Assembly: GCA_963773925.1 (NCBI GenBank)
Contig: CAVZDC010000012.1
Coordinates: 128,553-192,552, forward strand
From: Pirellulales bacterium
GTDB lineage: Bacteria > Planctomycetota > Planctomycetia > Pirellulales > JADZDJ01
Direction: 5' to 3'
Length of the DNA: 64,000 bases
The translations under genes and the position numbers were made by a program. Every line of letters starts with the position of its first letter. Position 1 is the stretch's first letter. This document shows, in pieces, positions 60,958 to 64,000 of the stretch. The notes under the pieces were generated by a model. It ran no database searches. It was not told the DNA's origin and was given only the letters and a program-made list of their open reading frames with translations.

Positions 60958-63157
60958 CTACGCCTCGGCTAGGAAGCACACCAAAGACCGTTCCGCCAGC
61001 AGAATTGGCCCGCGCACGGGCGGCGGCGGTCCGTCGAAGTCGGTGAAAATGTCCTCCGGCGACGCGGCGGCAGTATTGATGAATCGCCGCCATTTGATTG
61101 CCCGCACCAGCTCCGGCACCACAAAATCGCGCGGCTGCGCGTTGGGATTCAGCATCAGCATCACGTGCCGCGCCGTATCGCCCCTGTGGTCTGCTGTCGC
61201 TCGGCTAGTGCCGTGCCGCCGATCGCGCTCCGTGAGATCGGATTCCGTCGGCGCCCCAAACACGCAAACCATCGACTGATCCGCCAGTCCCCGCCAATCC
61301 ACATCGCGCCCCAGCCGATTGAACCAAGTCACGTCGGGCAATTCGCCGGGGCGGCGCCGGAATGCCGCTCAGGAAATGTCGCCGCCGCAGCGTCGGATTC
61401 GCCCGCCGCTGCGCGATTAACGCCTTTGCAAATCGCACCAGGTCGGCATGTTTATCCACCAGCGACCAATCAAACCACGAAATCTGGTTATCCTGGCAGT
61501 ACGCATTGTTATTGCCGCGCTGGGTCCGGCGGCATTCATCTCCCGCCTCAAGCATCGGCACGCCCTGGCTCAACAGCAGCGTGGCCAGAAAGTTCTTGAT
61601 TTGCCGCTGCCGCACCAACTCGATGGCGGGCCTTCGCGATGGCCCCTCGATGCCGTAATTCGCGCTGAAGTTATTGTCGTCCCCGTCCCGGTTCCCTTCG
61701 CCGTTATCTTCGTTGTGCTTGTGCTCGTAGCTCACCAGATCGTTCAGCGTGAAACCGTCGTGGCTGGTGACAAAATTGATACTGTGATACGGGTGCCGCC
61801 CGCCCGCCTGATACAAATCCGCCGAGCCGGCCAGCCGCGTGGCCAAATCACCCAGCATCTGAATGTCGCCCCGCCAGTACTGCCGTACTTCGTCGCGGTA
61901 CCGCCCGTTCCATTCCGCCCACCGCAAGTTGGCGAACGAGCCCACCTGATACGCCCCGGCCGCATCCCACGCCTCCGCAATCACCTTCGTATCGGCCAGC
62001 AGCGGATCCTCGGCAATCATCTCCACCACCGGCGGATTCGGGATAATCTCCCCGCTGCGGTCGCGGCTGAGAATGCTGGCCAGGTCGAAGCGAAACCCGT
62101 CTATGTGGTACGTCTGCACCCAGTTGCGCAAGCACAAAAACAGCATCTCGCGCACGATCGGGTGGTTCCCGTTGATCGTGTTGCCGCAGCCGCTAAAGTT
62201 GCGATAGAAGCTGCCGCCGTTGCCCAGCATGTAATACACGCGGTTCTCGAGCCCCTTGAAGCTCAGCGTCGGGCCCAGCTCATTGCCTTCGGCAGTGTGA
62301 TTAAATACCACGTCCAAAATCACTTCGATGTCGGCCTCGTGCAACGCTTTGACCATCTGCTTGAACTCGTACACCTGGCAGCCCGGTTCGCTGCCCGCCG
62401 CATAACCCTGGTGCGGCGCAAAAAACGCCATCGGGTCGTAGCCCCAGTAGTTGGGCCGCTCCAGCTTTTGCCCCCATGGCGATTCCATGGGAAACTCCAA
62501 CACCGGCATCAATTCCACCGCCGTCACGCCCAGCGATTTCAAATACGGAATCTTCTCGATCACGCCCAAGTACGTGCCCGGATGCCCCGCGCCGCTTGTG
62601 GCATCGCGCGTGAAGCCGCGGACGTGCATCTCGTAAATGATAGTGTCGGCCATCGGCCGCTTCAGGTGCCGGTCGTGCTCCCAGTCGAACGTGTCGTCGA
62701 TCACCACGCACTTGGGCGGCCGCACAATGCCGTCGTCGCTCGATAGAAAATGCCCGGCCAGCGCCTTGGCATACGGATCGATCAACCGCGCCCGACCGTT
62801 AAACCGCTGCCCCTGCTCCGGTTCAAACGGGCCGTCGGCCTGAAAATGGTAGAGCTGCCCGGCCCCCAGCCCCGGCACAAAGATGCTCCAAATATCTCCC
62901 CACCGGTCGGCATCGCGGTCGAAGTCGATCACTTCCGCCGGCTCCGGTTCATCCAAGCGGTTGTACAGCAGCAGCCGCATGGCCGTGGCCGATCGGCTGA
63001 ACACCACAAACTGCACGCCCCGATCGTGCATGATCGCCCCATACGGCAGCGGATGCGTGAACTGCAGTGCCGGATGCTGGTGAATCTGCGTGCGTATCAC
63101 GGCCGGATCCCCTTCGCCGAAGGGCTGGGATGGTCGGTGCGGTCGATCGCTGGGCAT
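60958..63157 (-). CDS. glgX: Glycogen debranching enzyme GlgX (frameshift near 61345)
   Basis: ORF 61205..63157 (YEMHVRGFT, NYWGYDP, DVVFNHT, GFRFDLAS, EAWD, FVTSHDGFTL) joined to ORF 60958..61341. Confidence 0.85.
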
Positions 63158-63421
63158 GGCTCACTCCGCAGGACAAGCGCGGCGTGCCGGCGAGGGCGCA
63201 CGCCGCGTGGCAATAGTTGGAGAGCCCGTCGTTTTCACGACTACCCGCACTAGCATATCACCTCGCTGCGCCCGGCGCTCGTTCCGGCCAAAAGAACTTG
63301 CCGCCCCACAAAATTCTCGTCCGCTCATCCCAATCATGCCACTCCCGGAAAATATCCAATCGCTCCCAGTCGCGCGAACTTTGCCGCCCGTCTCGCTCAA
63401 GCCATAACCACTGCCCCCCAC

Positions 63422-63457
63422 ATACCAGACACTAGATACCAGGAACCAGACACCCAG
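63422..63457. repeat. Direct heptamer array ATACCAG ACACTAG ATACCAG GAACCAG ACACCCAG
   Basis: Read directly. It starts 3 nt beyond the stop codon of the cytochrome c' gene (63460..63462). Confidence 0.65.
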
Positions 63458-63459
63458 TC

Positions 63460-64000
63460 TCAATCCTTCCTAAACACCTCGTGACAATCGTCGCAACTCT
63501 TCGTCAGCCCCACCATCGCCTCGGTCGCCTTTTGCTGGTCACCGGCATGAATCGCCGCGTTTACTGCGCCGGCTGCATCGCGCATTTCGGCGCAATACTG
63601 GTGCCACTTCTCGACTTGTCCGGGGCTTTTCGCCTCGTGTGTATCGGCCCAAACGGTCTGAGCGATGGCCCCCAGTACCGCCGAATTGCCGGCCGACTGC
63701 TGCTGGAGCTCACGGAAATGCTCCTCGTCGCCGTTCAGGGCCCGCTTTAAGCCCGAATTGATCGCCGACACCTGCTTCATCAATTGACCCACCGACACTG
63801 AACGTTCCCATCTCAGCCGCCCGCCCCGGCTGGTGCGGCTCCCGAAGCGGCTTTTTTCAGATCGTCAAACGTCTCCTTGGCAGCGTCATAATCAGCAGCC
63901 TTCGCCAGAGTCTGGGAAAGCTCCACCAAGGCCGGCGACGCATCCTTGTAGCGGTTGTTGGTATCGTGCAGCCCCAGCGTTAAAAACAGCGCCGTCAGCG
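63460..64000 (-). CDS. Class II cytochrome c (cytochrome c'-like), 5' end beyond the window (frameshift near 63800)
   Basis: ORF 63460..63798 is a four-helix-like sequence ending in the C-terminal heme motif CDDCH (...MVGLTKSCDDCHEVFRKD). The upstream frame continues ...YKDASPALVELSQTLAKAADYDAAKETFDDLKKAA. Confidence 0.6.

Overview
GC-rich bacterial chromosomal segment with about 52 protein-coding genes. I recognise no rRNA, tRNA, CRISPR array, integrase or prophage genes. Gene content points to Planctomycetota, probably Pirellulales-like (inference): secreted repeat proteins with N-terminal ...LE(D/N/P)R.LLAGNV leaders, a G8-domain protein, DUF1571-like paralogs, a very long YidC, and rsmH without ftsL/ftsI. 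Most of the window is housekeeping: nth, dcd, acnA, nfo, mntH, two M16 peptidases, acyP, skp-lpxC-lpxA, an FHA-GAF histidine kinase, rsmH, queA, iscS, rluD, uvrD/pcrA, cobL, erpA, mnmE, yidC, tsaB, cls, csp and glgX. Caveat for every call: reading frames are interrupted by roughly one small indel per kb (hand count about 70-80). Most genes therefore have to be followed across 2-9 entries of the ORF track, and even some 'intact' ORFs hide compensating frameshift pairs. I read this as consensus or assembly error rather than pseudogenisation, so gene ends are approximate. The most unusual content is an accessory block at 52.4-57.1 kb. It holds three tandem paralogous secreted repeat proteins with 5, at least 19 and 56 cysteines. 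The last is 285 aa, with about 22 percent Cys after its leader, and looks like a Cys-substituted beta-solenoid. The second theme is a set of tandem heptanucleotide arrays, often arranged as inverted arrays, at gene boundaries and once inside a CDS. Other points of interest: an ABC exporter-like protein with every catalytic NBD motif degenerate, a PDZ domain inside the YidC periplasmic domain, a RayT-like Y1 transposase homolog, an OM beta-barrel plus mntH pair with an AT-rich palindrome, and a Cys/His/Tyr-rich secreted protein.
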